In this document: positions 8,687 through 16,610 of the stretch, in pieces
Numbering within the stretch: the stretch's first letter is position 1
Layout: each line of letters begins with the position of its first letter
Assembly (NCBI GenBank): GCA_903844815.1
Contig: CAIMVD010000101.1
Coordinates: forward strand, 4,220 to 68,219
Direction of reading: 5' to 3'
DNA from: an uncultured Bacteroidota bacterium
GTDB taxonomy: Bacteria; Bacteroidota; Bacteroidia; Bacteroidales; VadinHA17
Length of the DNA: 64,000 nucleotides
Notes under the pieces: generated by a model
What the model was told of the DNA's origin: nothing
The model's input: the letters and a program-made list of their open reading frames with translations, nothing else
The model's database searches: none
Program-made: the position numbers and the translations under genes

Positions 8687-9796
8687 TTATTCTTTAGTAG
8701 TTTGAGTTTCGGAAGCAGGTTCAGGAGCGTTTATTATTTCACGGTGTTTACGGACGTTTGTAAGTATCGCATGTCCGGCAATTCCGGCAGCGGTGGCTAC
8801 ACCAAGACCCACTCCGATCTTATCGGCTGTGGTTTCAATACCAAACCCTTTAACACCAGGCAGGTGCTGATAGAATGGTCCGTTGTCCCAAAAACCTTCC
8901 TCAGCGCATCCTATACAGGGATGGCCGGACTGAATAGGATAGCTTATACCATCGTTCCATTTTATTATACCACATGAGTTATAGGTAACAGGTCCTTTGC
9001 ATCCCATCTTGAAAAGACAATATCCCCTTTTTGCTCCTTCATCATCGAACGATTCCACAAAGAGACCAGCATCGAAATTGGCTCTCCTGTAGCATGTATC
9101 ATGAACACGCCGGGAGTAAAATGCTTTTGGCCTGCCAAGACCGTCAAGCTGAGGAATCCTGTCGAAAGTAAGTAAATGAACAACAACCCCTGCCATTACA
9201 TCTGCAATAGGAGGACAACCCTGAACATTAATAATTGGTTTCCCGCTAATGATTTTATGAACTGGCTTGGCTCCGGTTGGGTTTGGCCTTGCTGCCTGCA
9301 CACATCCTGATGAAGCACAGTTACCCCAGGCAACAACAGCTTTTGCATTGGCCGCTGCCTCCTCAAGGATCTGACGGGCACTCCTGCCACCGATACAGCA
9401 ATAGGCTTCGTTCTCCGTAGGGATCGAACCTTCAACCATTACAATGTATTCGCCGGGGTATTTTGCCATGACAGCCTTATAGGCATCTTCAGCCTGAACT
9501 CCGGAGGCAGCCATCAGTGTCTCCTGATAGTCCAGTGAAATTTTGTCCAGGACAATAGAAGCAACGATGGGGTGTGAAGCCCTGATAAACGACTCGCTGC
9601 AGCAGGTGCACTCCTGGAAATGAAACCATATCACGGGAAGCCGGGGCTTTGTTTCAAGCGCCTTGACTATCTGGCCCACGCCGCTCGCTTCAAGTCCGAG
9701 CATCGCAGCCATAGTGGTGCAGAATTTAAGAAAATCCTTACGGGATATTCCGTTCCCTTTGGCTTCCTCATAAAAAGAGGGTTGTTTGTTTTCCAT
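8687..9796 (-). CDS. hyaA: [NiFe]-hydrogenase small subunit with Tat-like signal and C-terminal membrane anchor
   Basis: SRKDFLKFC signal, ECTCCSES, WGNCASSGC, GCPP, HDTCYRR…CLFKMGCKGP and GHPCIGC; hydrophobic C-terminal helix. Confidence 0.98.
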   Translation of the reverse strand: MENKQPSFYEEAKGNGISRKDFLKFCTTMAAMLGLEASGVGQIVKALETKPRLPVIWFHFQECTCCSESFIRASHPIVASIVLDKISLDYQETLMAASGVQAEDAYKAVMAKYPGEYIVMVEGSIPTENEAYCCIGGRSARQILEEAAANAKAVVAWGNCASSGCVQAARPNPTGAKPVHKIISGKPIINVQGCPPIADVMAGVVVHLLTFDRIPQLDGLGRPKAFYSRRVHDTCYRRANFDAGLFVESFDDEGAKRGYCLFKMGCKGPVTYNSCGIIKWNDGISYPIQSGHPCIGCAEEGFWDNGPFYQHLPGVKGFGIETTADKIGVGLGVATAAGIAGHAILTNVRKHREIINAPEPASETQTTKE

Positions 9797-9862
9797 AAAA
9801 GGTTTGGTTTAAGTTTTTCAGATAAAGTAAATATAGATAATTAATGTTAAAATGCATTCAAA

Positions 9863-9881
9863 GCTGATAATTATCATTATT
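9863..9881 (-). promoter_or_regulatory. Fur-box-like or FNR-like dyad upstream of hyaA
   Basis: The minus strand AATAATGATAATTATCAGC matches the 19-bp Fur consensus at 15/19. The core CTGAT-N4-ATCAT matches the FNR consensus at 8/10. Confidence 0.4.
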
Positions 9882-10119
9882 TATTTTGAATTTTCTTTAA
9901 AATCCCATCCTTTCTGGTTTCCTGACTACTTCTGTTAAACAAATAACAGTTATTTTCAGTCTCTTTTCATCTCGTTATTATTTTTTTATGAATTTTGTTG
10001 CCGCTATTCACAAGTAAAAGTTAATCCGGAGTTTTTCTGAAACAGATTAACCCAACCTTGGTTAATATCCTCATTATATGAACATTAACAGAATATCACG
10101 TTTATTGACAATTTAAGAG

Positions 10120-10127
10120 TACCTTTG
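10120..10127 (+). promoter_or_regulatory. Bacteroidota -7 promoter element for rhlE
   Basis: TACCTTTG matches TAnnTTTG in an intergenic region. Confidence 0.55.
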
Positions 10128-10346
10128 CAGCCAATAATAAATTAAATAATAACCATAAGGAAGCTGCATTAAAAAGTCAAAACTTCCTTTTAAAATTCCT
10201 TTGAGACCCCTGTAAAACCCTTTGCGCCCATTCTGTTTAAGAATAAGATTGGAACACACAAAAGCGTCCTGGTATAATGATAAGGCTCACAAAGTGAATA
10301 AAATAAAAGAACTGACTCTTGATGCGGCCATTTTAATATTAAAAAA

Positions 10347-11552
10347 ATGACTTTTGAATCACTCGACATTATAGAATCAATTATCAAATCGTTAAAGGAA
10401 GAGGGTTATGAAAAACCTACTCCGATTCAATCTGAAGCAATACCAATAATACTTGACGGAAAAGATCTGATAGGTTGTGCTCAAACCGGAACCGGGAAAA
10501 CAGCAGCATTTGCTGTCCCAATTCTACAGTTGCTTGGAAAAGACAAATCATTTTCGTCCAGAAAGAAAATCCGGAGCCTTATTGTAACACCTACCCGTGA
10601 GCTGGCGATACAGATAGAGGAAAGTTTCAAGACCTACGGACGCTATACCGGGCTGACATGCACTGTTGTTTTTGGCGGAGTAAACCAGAATCCTCAGACC
10701 GCTATCCTCCGCAACGGCGTTGACATTCTTGTTGCAACCCCTGGCAGACTTCTCGACCTTATGACCCAGGGATTCATTTCACTGAGTCAAATTTCAATAT
10801 TTGTCCTTGATGAAGCCGACCGGATGCTCGATATGGGTTTTATTCATGATGTTAAAAGAATCATTGCTGCCTTGCCGCATAAACGACAGTCCCTTTTCTT
10901 TTCAGCAACCATGCCCCCCGAGATTATTAAACTTGCAGGCACAATTGTTACAAAGCCTGTCAGAGTAGAAGTTACCCCGTCAGCATCAACCGTTGACCTT
11001 GTTGATCAGATTGTCTACTTTGTCGATAAGGAAAACAAGAACGCATTATTGACCGATCTTCTGGCTGATGAGAAAATCAAGACTGCACTCGTCTTTACCC
11101 GCACAAAGTATGGTGCCGACAAGGTTGTGAAGATGCTGAGGAAAAAGGGAATCAGTTCCGAAGCGATTCATGGCGATAAGGCTCAGAATGCAAGGCAACG
11201 GGCTCTCTCGGGTTTCAAGGCTCAAACCACCAGGGTCCTTGTAGCTACAGATATTGCGGCACGTGGCATCGATGTGGATGAACTGGAATATGTGATAAAC
11301 TACGAAATCCCCAATATTTCCGAAACCTACGTTCACAGGATTGGCCGTACTGGCAGGGCTGGCGCAAACGGCACAGCCATATCATTCTGTGCAGCCGATG
11401 AGATTGATTATCTGAAAGATATCGAAAAACTAATATCAAAAAAGATTCAGATTATAAAGAATCATCAATATCCCATGACTGATCTTAGTGCTGCAAAACC
11501 CGTTCAGGGAAAGCGCAATCATAACCAGCAAAAAAAAGGAAACAGAAGATAA
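10347..11552 (+). CDS. rhlE: DEAD-box RNA helicase (RhlE-like)
   Basis: Q motif PTPIQ, AQTGTGKT, PTRELA, DEAD, SAT and HRIGRTGR. Confidence 0.95.
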   Translation: MTFESLDIIESIIKSLKEEGYEKPTPIQSEAIPIILDGKDLIGCAQTGTGKTAAFAVPILQLLGKDKSFSSRKKIRSLIVTPTRELAIQIEESFKTYGRYTGLTCTVVFGGVNQNPQTAILRNGVDILVATPGRLLDLMTQGFISLSQISIFVLDEADRMLDMGFIHDVKRIIAALPHKRQSLFFSATMPPEIIKLAGTIVTKPVRVEVTPSASTVDLVDQIVYFVDKENKNALLTDLLADEKIKTALVFTRTKYGADKVVKMLRKKGISSEAIHGDKAQNARQRALSGFKAQTTRVLVATDIAARGIDVDELEYVINYEIPNISETYVHRIGRTGRAGANGTAISFCAADEIDYLKDIEKLISKKIQIIKNHQYPMTDLSAAKPVQGKRNHNQQKKGNRR

Positions 11553-11560
11553 AACTGGGA

Positions 11561-11595
11561 ATTGCGGATTGCGGATTTTAGATTGCGGATTATAA
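11561..11595 (+). repeat. Heptamer tandem repeat (ATTGCGG)
   Basis: attgcgg attgcgg attttag attgcgg attataa immediately after the rhlE stop. Confidence 0.8.
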
Positions 11596-11680
11596 TTAAC
11601 CTGAATTTCCTATCTTAACGGTTTAATTTGGATTTCCTTCTCTGTATTTGAGACAAGTCATACTATTAATAATATCCGAT

Positions 11681-12568
11681 ATGGCTGAAATATTCACAAC
11701 GAATGGAACCGGGGCAGGCTCCAATCCTGAAAAACCGGACAAACCCGAAAATCACACGGGATACAACCCTAAATTTCTGGGAACCCCGGTTCCTGTTCCA
11801 AAACTCACACCAACCCAGAAAAAGAAAGTTGCGAGACAGGGCAGGTCGCTAACTCTCGACTATACCCACTTCTCAATCTGCATGAATCAGCAGCGTCGTC
11901 TGGCATTTTTTACTGCAGTTAATATCGATGGCGGAAATCTTCAAAAAATTATCCGCAAAAAAGATAAATGGGTATATGACAGCAGGATAAATGAAGAGTA
12001 CCAGTGCGGAAATGAAATCTACAAAAAGAATAAGCTCGACAAAGGCCACCTCGTCAGGCGTCTCGATCCTTGCTGGGGGCCCGCAGATGTAGCAAAGAAG
12101 GCCGAAGAAGATACCTTTCACTATACCAATGCCTCACCCCAGCATTCGAACCTGAACCAGAACAGGTGGAATGACCTGGAAGACTATATTCTCAGGAACA
12201 CAGGCGAAAACAGCCTTAAAATAAATGTTTTCACCGGGCAGGTATTCGACCAGGAAAAAGATCCCCTTTACAGAGGGATTCAGATCCCTTTAAGATACTG
12301 GAAAATAGTGACGATGATTAAGCAGAACAACGAACTCTCTGCCACAGCATATATTCTCGACCAGGAAAAGGATATTGAGGAGATGCCAAAAGCACGATTT
12401 GTTTTTGGTGAATTCAAAATCTATCAGACAACGATTGCAGAAATTGAAAAACTAACCTTACTTGATTTCGGCGACCTCAAAAACCACGACCCGAAAGCAG
12501 CCATCAGGTACACTTATGTGGCCTCACCACGAACATATCTTGATAGTTTTGAGAAGATAGTCTTTTGA
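11681..12568 (+). CDS. DNA/RNA non-specific endonuclease (betabetaalpha-Me, NucA/EndA type)
   Basis: DKGHLVRR, TFHYTNASPQH and NQNRWNDLE motifs. The ATG at 11681 is preferred to the TTG at 11648. No signal peptide is apparent. Confidence 0.9.
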   Translation: MAEIFTTNGTGAGSNPEKPDKPENHTGYNPKFLGTPVPVPKLTPTQKKKVARQGRSLTLDYTHFSICMNQQRRLAFFTAVNIDGGNLQKIIRKKDKWVYDSRINEEYQCGNEIYKKNKLDKGHLVRRLDPCWGPADVAKKAEEDTFHYTNASPQHSNLNQNRWNDLEDYILRNTGENSLKINVFTGQVFDQEKDPLYRGIQIPLRYWKIVTMIKQNNELSATAYILDQEKDIEEMPKARFVFGEFKIYQTTIAEIEKLTLLDFGDLKNHDPKAAIRYTYVASPRTYLDSFEKIVF

Positions 12569-12573
12569 GAGTC

Positions 12574-12615
12574 AGCGGAGAGCGGAGAGCGGAGAGCGTA
12601 GAGCGGAGAGCATTG
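12574..12615 (+). repeat. Heptamer tandem repeat (AGCGGAG x5)
   Basis: agcggag x3, agcgtag, agcggag, then degenerate agcattg, starting 6 nt after the endonuclease stop. Confidence 0.9.
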
Positions 12616-12642
12616 AGATCTGCCAAAACATTGCCCGTTCTT

Positions 12643-12732
12643 CTCCGTGGAACTCCGTGAGATCCGTGGTTAATAAAAGATGCCAGGATAAGGTGACTAT
12701 TCAGTTTACTTAGCGTCTTCGTGTCTTCGTGG
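12643..12732. repeat. Two short REP-like half-elements
   Basis: ctccgtgg/ctccgtga/atccgtgg at 12643-12669 and cttagcgt/cttcgtgt/cttcgtgg at 12709-12732. These resemble the arms at 27406 and 50128. Confidence 0.6.
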
Positions 12733-12870
12733 CGATTGCATTTATTATCTTTTTCGGAGGGGGCTCAAGAATGAGTTTTAAGAAATTTTAACAATTATTC
12801 TGTTTAATACTATTGTCGCAGCACTACATTTACACAAACCAGTAATTAGAGAACTACATTTAACAAAACT

Positions 12871-14034
12871 ATGAAGCGAATCAACAGCATCGACACAGCA
12901 AGAGGTTTTGTTATGGTAATTATGGCCCTCGATCATGTCCGCGATTTTCTTCACACCGCATCAGCCAGTCAGGATCCTCTCAATCTGCATACTACAACCG
13001 CAATTCTCTTTCTCACAAGGTGGATTACTCATCTTTGTGCCCCAACATTTGTCTTCCTCTCGGGCATTTCAGCATATTTGTATTTTAAAAAAAGCAGCAA
13101 CCTTCCCCAGAGCAGGAAATTCTTTTTCACCAGGGGAATATGGCTGGTTATTCTTGAATGTACTATAATAAATTTTGCGCTATGGTACGATTTCAGATTC
13201 CGCCTTCTTATTTTTGAAGTTATCGGGGCAATCGGACTGAGTTTCATCGTACTTTCCTTTCTCCTCAGGGTTCCGTCAGGAGTCATCGGTTTAACAGGTG
13301 TTATTATAATATTTACTCACAATCTGTTTCAATCTGTCCCCACTCCTGCGCAACCTGTTATGGGATTTTTGACCTCGGTACTATTTCGTCCTGCTTTAAT
13401 TCAGTTATCACCAGGTACTGCATTCTTTACTGCATATCCACTTGTACCATGGCTTGGCATAATGCTTGCTGGTTTTGGATTTGGCAAACTCTTCGGGATG
13501 GAACAACATCTTCGCAAAAAGAGCTTTCTGATTACAGGTTTTTCACTCCTCTCACTTTTTGTTCTCCTTCGTGTTCTTAATTTTTATGGTGATCCTGTAA
13601 AATGGGAGGCTCAGAAAACAACTCTGTTTTCTATTCTCTCATTCATTAATGTGACAAAATACCCGCCGTCATTACTTTTCTCCCTCCTGTTTATTGGTAT
13701 AACCATGTTGGTTTTATTTTTTTCAGAGACAGGATGGAACCGGATAACTGAATTTCTTTCAGTCTACGGAAGAGTGCCCCTTTTCTATTTCGTAATTCAT
13801 CTCTTCATGATACACGGGCTGATGTTCATAATTCTTTACATTCAGGGATTCACAAACAGCGATTTTGTCTTCGGAGCTTTTAAAAATGGCCGACCGGAAG
13901 TTGCTAACGGAGTAAATCTGGGGACAGTCTATCTTATCTGGATAGCTGTAGCTCTGATTCTTTATCCTGTATGCAAATGGTATGGGGATTATAAATCAAG
14001 GAACAGTCAAAATAAATTCCTCAGGTATCTCTAG
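12871..14034 (+). CDS. DUF1624 / heparan-alpha-glucosaminide N-acetyltransferase-like membrane protein
   Basis: RINSIDTARGFVMVIMALDHVRDF, RWITHLCAPTF and KYPPSL; polytopic hydrophobic. Confidence 0.85.
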   Translation: MKRINSIDTARGFVMVIMALDHVRDFLHTASASQDPLNLHTTTAILFLTRWITHLCAPTFVFLSGISAYLYFKKSSNLPQSRKFFFTRGIWLVILECTIINFALWYDFRFRLLIFEVIGAIGLSFIVLSFLLRVPSGVIGLTGVIIIFTHNLFQSVPTPAQPVMGFLTSVLFRPALIQLSPGTAFFTAYPLVPWLGIMLAGFGFGKLFGMEQHLRKKSFLITGFSLLSLFVLLRVLNFYGDPVKWEAQKTTLFSILSFINVTKYPPSLLFSLLFIGITMLVLFFSETGWNRITEFLSVYGRVPLFYFVIHLFMIHGLMFIILYIQGFTNSDFVFGAFKNGRPEVANGVNLGTVYLIWIAVALILYPVCKWYGDYKSRNSQNKFLRYL

Positions 14035-14069
14035 TAATACGAAAACTACCGATCCTCGCAGCTTATCTG

Positions 14070-15182
14070 TTAAATAAAAGCAATATTAATTATCATTATC
14101 TCCGACTTTCCTGCTGTCCTGACCGGAGGTCCCCAAAGCCTTATTCCGCTTGTTACAAAGAAATGAGTGTTTCCTATTTTCCTGAAGCCCCAGCTCAACC
14201 TGTAAACACTTTTTGTAATAAGGCTGACCGGGAAGAGTTGTCCGTCATGAGTGTGTCCCGACAATTGGACGTCAGTTTTAGTCTTGCTGACGAAGTCGAT
14301 TTCCGTGGGCCGGTGGTCGACAAGTATAAGAGGTAAAGAATCGGGACTAAGGCTTAAAATCTGAGGCAGGCTCTTTCTTCCCCTGAAATGACTGTCTTTT
14401 CTTCCTGCCAGACTGAATGCCCCGTCTATTATATCAACTGTGTCGTTCAACAATGTAATCCCTGCCATGGAAAAAAAATTTCCTTTGTCACCGCCATAAT
14501 AATACTCATGATTCCCGAGTACTCCAAAAACACCATATTTTGGACTTATTCCGGTAAGGATCCTCGCAAAGGATTCAAGGTTTCCATCTCCCCTGTCACC
14601 CTCAACCATGTCTCCACCATAAATCATCAGGTCCGGATTTATCTCGTGGATCTTGTTTGCAAATTTCCCGACAAAACTCAGGGGAATCCTTCCATTCAGA
14701 TGAAAATCAGCTACAAAAGCTATTTTCAGATTCTTAAGGCCTGACGATTTAGCCGGTACTGTAATGCTGTATTCAGACGTACGAATTGTATTGAAGTTAA
14801 TGATACCTGCAATTACAATAATTAATGAGAGCAACATTATTCCAGGCAAACAGAACTTCCTGTACGGGGAAGATCTAATCACCCCGACCGGGAAAATTTT
14901 CAAAGCAAAGTTGATCAGGAGAAAAATGTCGAGGAACAAGACCAGCATGAAAACATAGAGATAGAATGGAAGCAGGTATCCTGATATTACTTCAATAACT
15001 GAAGCAACAGAGCCAACTTCTTCGCCGGCAAGAATAATTGTCGCCGGATAAATCAAAGCCACCAGAAGGTATACAATTGTATAAACCAGTCTGTATTCTT
15101 TGCCAATGAAAAGGCTTTTTATTCTGAGAAACAGATAAACATTTGGAACAAGATACCCGATTGTCATCAAAGTATGAAACAT
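14070..15182 (-). CDS. Membrane-anchored metallophosphoesterase (YkuE-like)
   Basis: N-terminal TM helices, then ADFH, GGD, GNHE, DHRP and GHTHDGQ. Confidence 0.9.
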   Translation of the reverse strand: MFHTLMTIGYLVPNVYLFLRIKSLFIGKEYRLVYTIVYLLVALIYPATIILAGEEVGSVASVIEVISGYLLPFYLYVFMLVLFLDIFLLINFALKIFPVGVIRSSPYRKFCLPGIMLLSLIIVIAGIINFNTIRTSEYSITVPAKSSGLKNLKIAFVADFHLNGRIPLSFVGKFANKIHEINPDLMIYGGDMVEGDRGDGNLESFARILTGISPKYGVFGVLGNHEYYYGGDKGNFFSMAGITLLNDTVDIIDGAFSLAGRKDSHFRGRKSLPQILSLSPDSLPLILVDHRPTEIDFVSKTKTDVQLSGHTHDGQLFPVSLITKSVYRLSWGFRKIGNTHFFVTSGIRLWGPPVRTAGKSEIMIINIAFI

Positions 15183-15233
15183 GGCAGTTACTGTAGTCTG
15201 TTTTTATTTTTAATACCTTATTATCAAATAGTT

Positions 15234-16610
15234 TCAACTCATTAACCAGCTTACAATCCTGGTTTTATACTTTTTATATGGCGGATACCTTAGCCATATA
15301 TCAAGTAGTGTAGATTTAACCAGAACCGGCCTCATATTGGAGAAAGTCTCAAACGATTTTTTGCCGTGATAACTGCCCATCCCGCTGGTTCCAACTCCTC
15401 CGAATGGCATATGATGAGAAGCTATCTGCATTACGGTGTCATTTACAGCAACGGTACCTGACCTTGTCTTGTTCATAAACTCCCTGACCAGTTTCCTGCT
15501 TTCAGAAAAAAGATAAGCAGCGAGGGGCATGGGGTTCAGTTCAATAATCGGATAAACTTCTGAGAATTCCCCGAATTCAATTATCGGAAGAACAGGTCCG
15601 AAGATCTCTTCCTTCATTATCGGATCATCCGGACTTACATTTCTTATAATCGTCGGAGCCACATAGCATGACTGCTCATCGACGGTTCCCCCGGTTACGA
15701 TCTCGCCGCATCTCATCAATTCAGAAAGTCGCCGTACGCTCTTTGCATTTATGACACGGGCAAAATCGGGGCTGGTAGAAGGATCATTGCCATAAAATGA
15801 GTTTATCTCCAAAGTCATAAGTTCAATGAACCTGTCGGATACCTTCCTGTCGATCAGGAGATAATCGGGGCCTATGCAAAGCTGACCGGCATTTATGAAT
15901 TTACCCCAGGCAATTCTCCTGGCTGCAAGATCGAGACGTGCGTCGGCAGCTACAATGCAGGGGTTTTTCCCTCCAAGCTCAAGCGATACGGGTGTCAGAT
16001 GTTCAGCCGCACTCTTCATAATCATTTTGCCTACATTAGTACTTCCCGTAAAAAATATGTAATCAAATCGCTGCTCCAGAAGGAAACTGCTAACGGAATG
16101 ATCGCCGTCGACAAATGCGACGAGTTCTTTTGGAAAATGGCTAAGAATCTTTTTCATCACAGCGGAAGTTGCCGGAACCTGCTGGGATGTCTTAAGTATA
16201 GCACAATTACCTGCAGCCAGGGCCCCGACCAACGGCATAAACGCCAGTTGAAAGGGGAAATTCCAGGGTGAAAGTATCAGCACCTGGCCATAGGGCTGAG
16301 GAGCTATGTAACTCGACGACAAAAAATTGACCAAAAGTGTCGGCACCCTGCGTGGTTTCGACCACTTTTTAATTTTTCGTATAAGATAACTAATCTCGCT
16401 TATTACAAACCTTGACTCAGTTCCAATAACCTCAAATTCAGGCTTGCGGAAATCTTTCCAAAGGGCATCAATGATCTCTTTTTCATGTGCTATAATCAGT
16501 GAGCGCAGTTTCTTAAGAGTTTCAACCCTGAAAGAAGGATCCAGAGTCTTTCCTGAAGCGAAATATTTTTTCTGGGCCTCAAGAATCAGGCTAATATCTT
16601 CTCTTTCCAT
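15234..16610 (-). CDS. Aldehyde dehydrogenase (ALDH3 / coniferyl-aldehyde DH-like)
   Basis: PWNFP, FTGST, ELGGKNP, AGQLC (catalytic Cys), EEIFGP and PFGGVGTSG. Confidence 0.93.
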   Translation of the reverse strand: MEREDISLILEAQKKYFASGKTLDPSFRVETLKKLRSLIIAHEKEIIDALWKDFRKPEFEVIGTESRFVISEISYLIRKIKKWSKPRRVPTLLVNFLSSSYIAPQPYGQVLILSPWNFPFQLAFMPLVGALAAGNCAILKTSQQVPATSAVMKKILSHFPKELVAFVDGDHSVSSFLLEQRFDYIFFTGSTNVGKMIMKSAAEHLTPVSLELGGKNPCIVAADARLDLAARRIAWGKFINAGQLCIGPDYLLIDRKVSDRFIELMTLEINSFYGNDPSTSPDFARVINAKSVRRLSELMRCGEIVTGGTVDEQSCYVAPTIIRNVSPDDPIMKEEIFGPVLPIIEFGEFSEVYPIIELNPMPLAAYLFSESRKLVREFMNKTRSGTVAVNDTVMQIASHHMPFGGVGTSGMGSYHGKKSFETFSNMRPVLVKSTLLDIWLRYPPYKKYKTRIVSWLMS

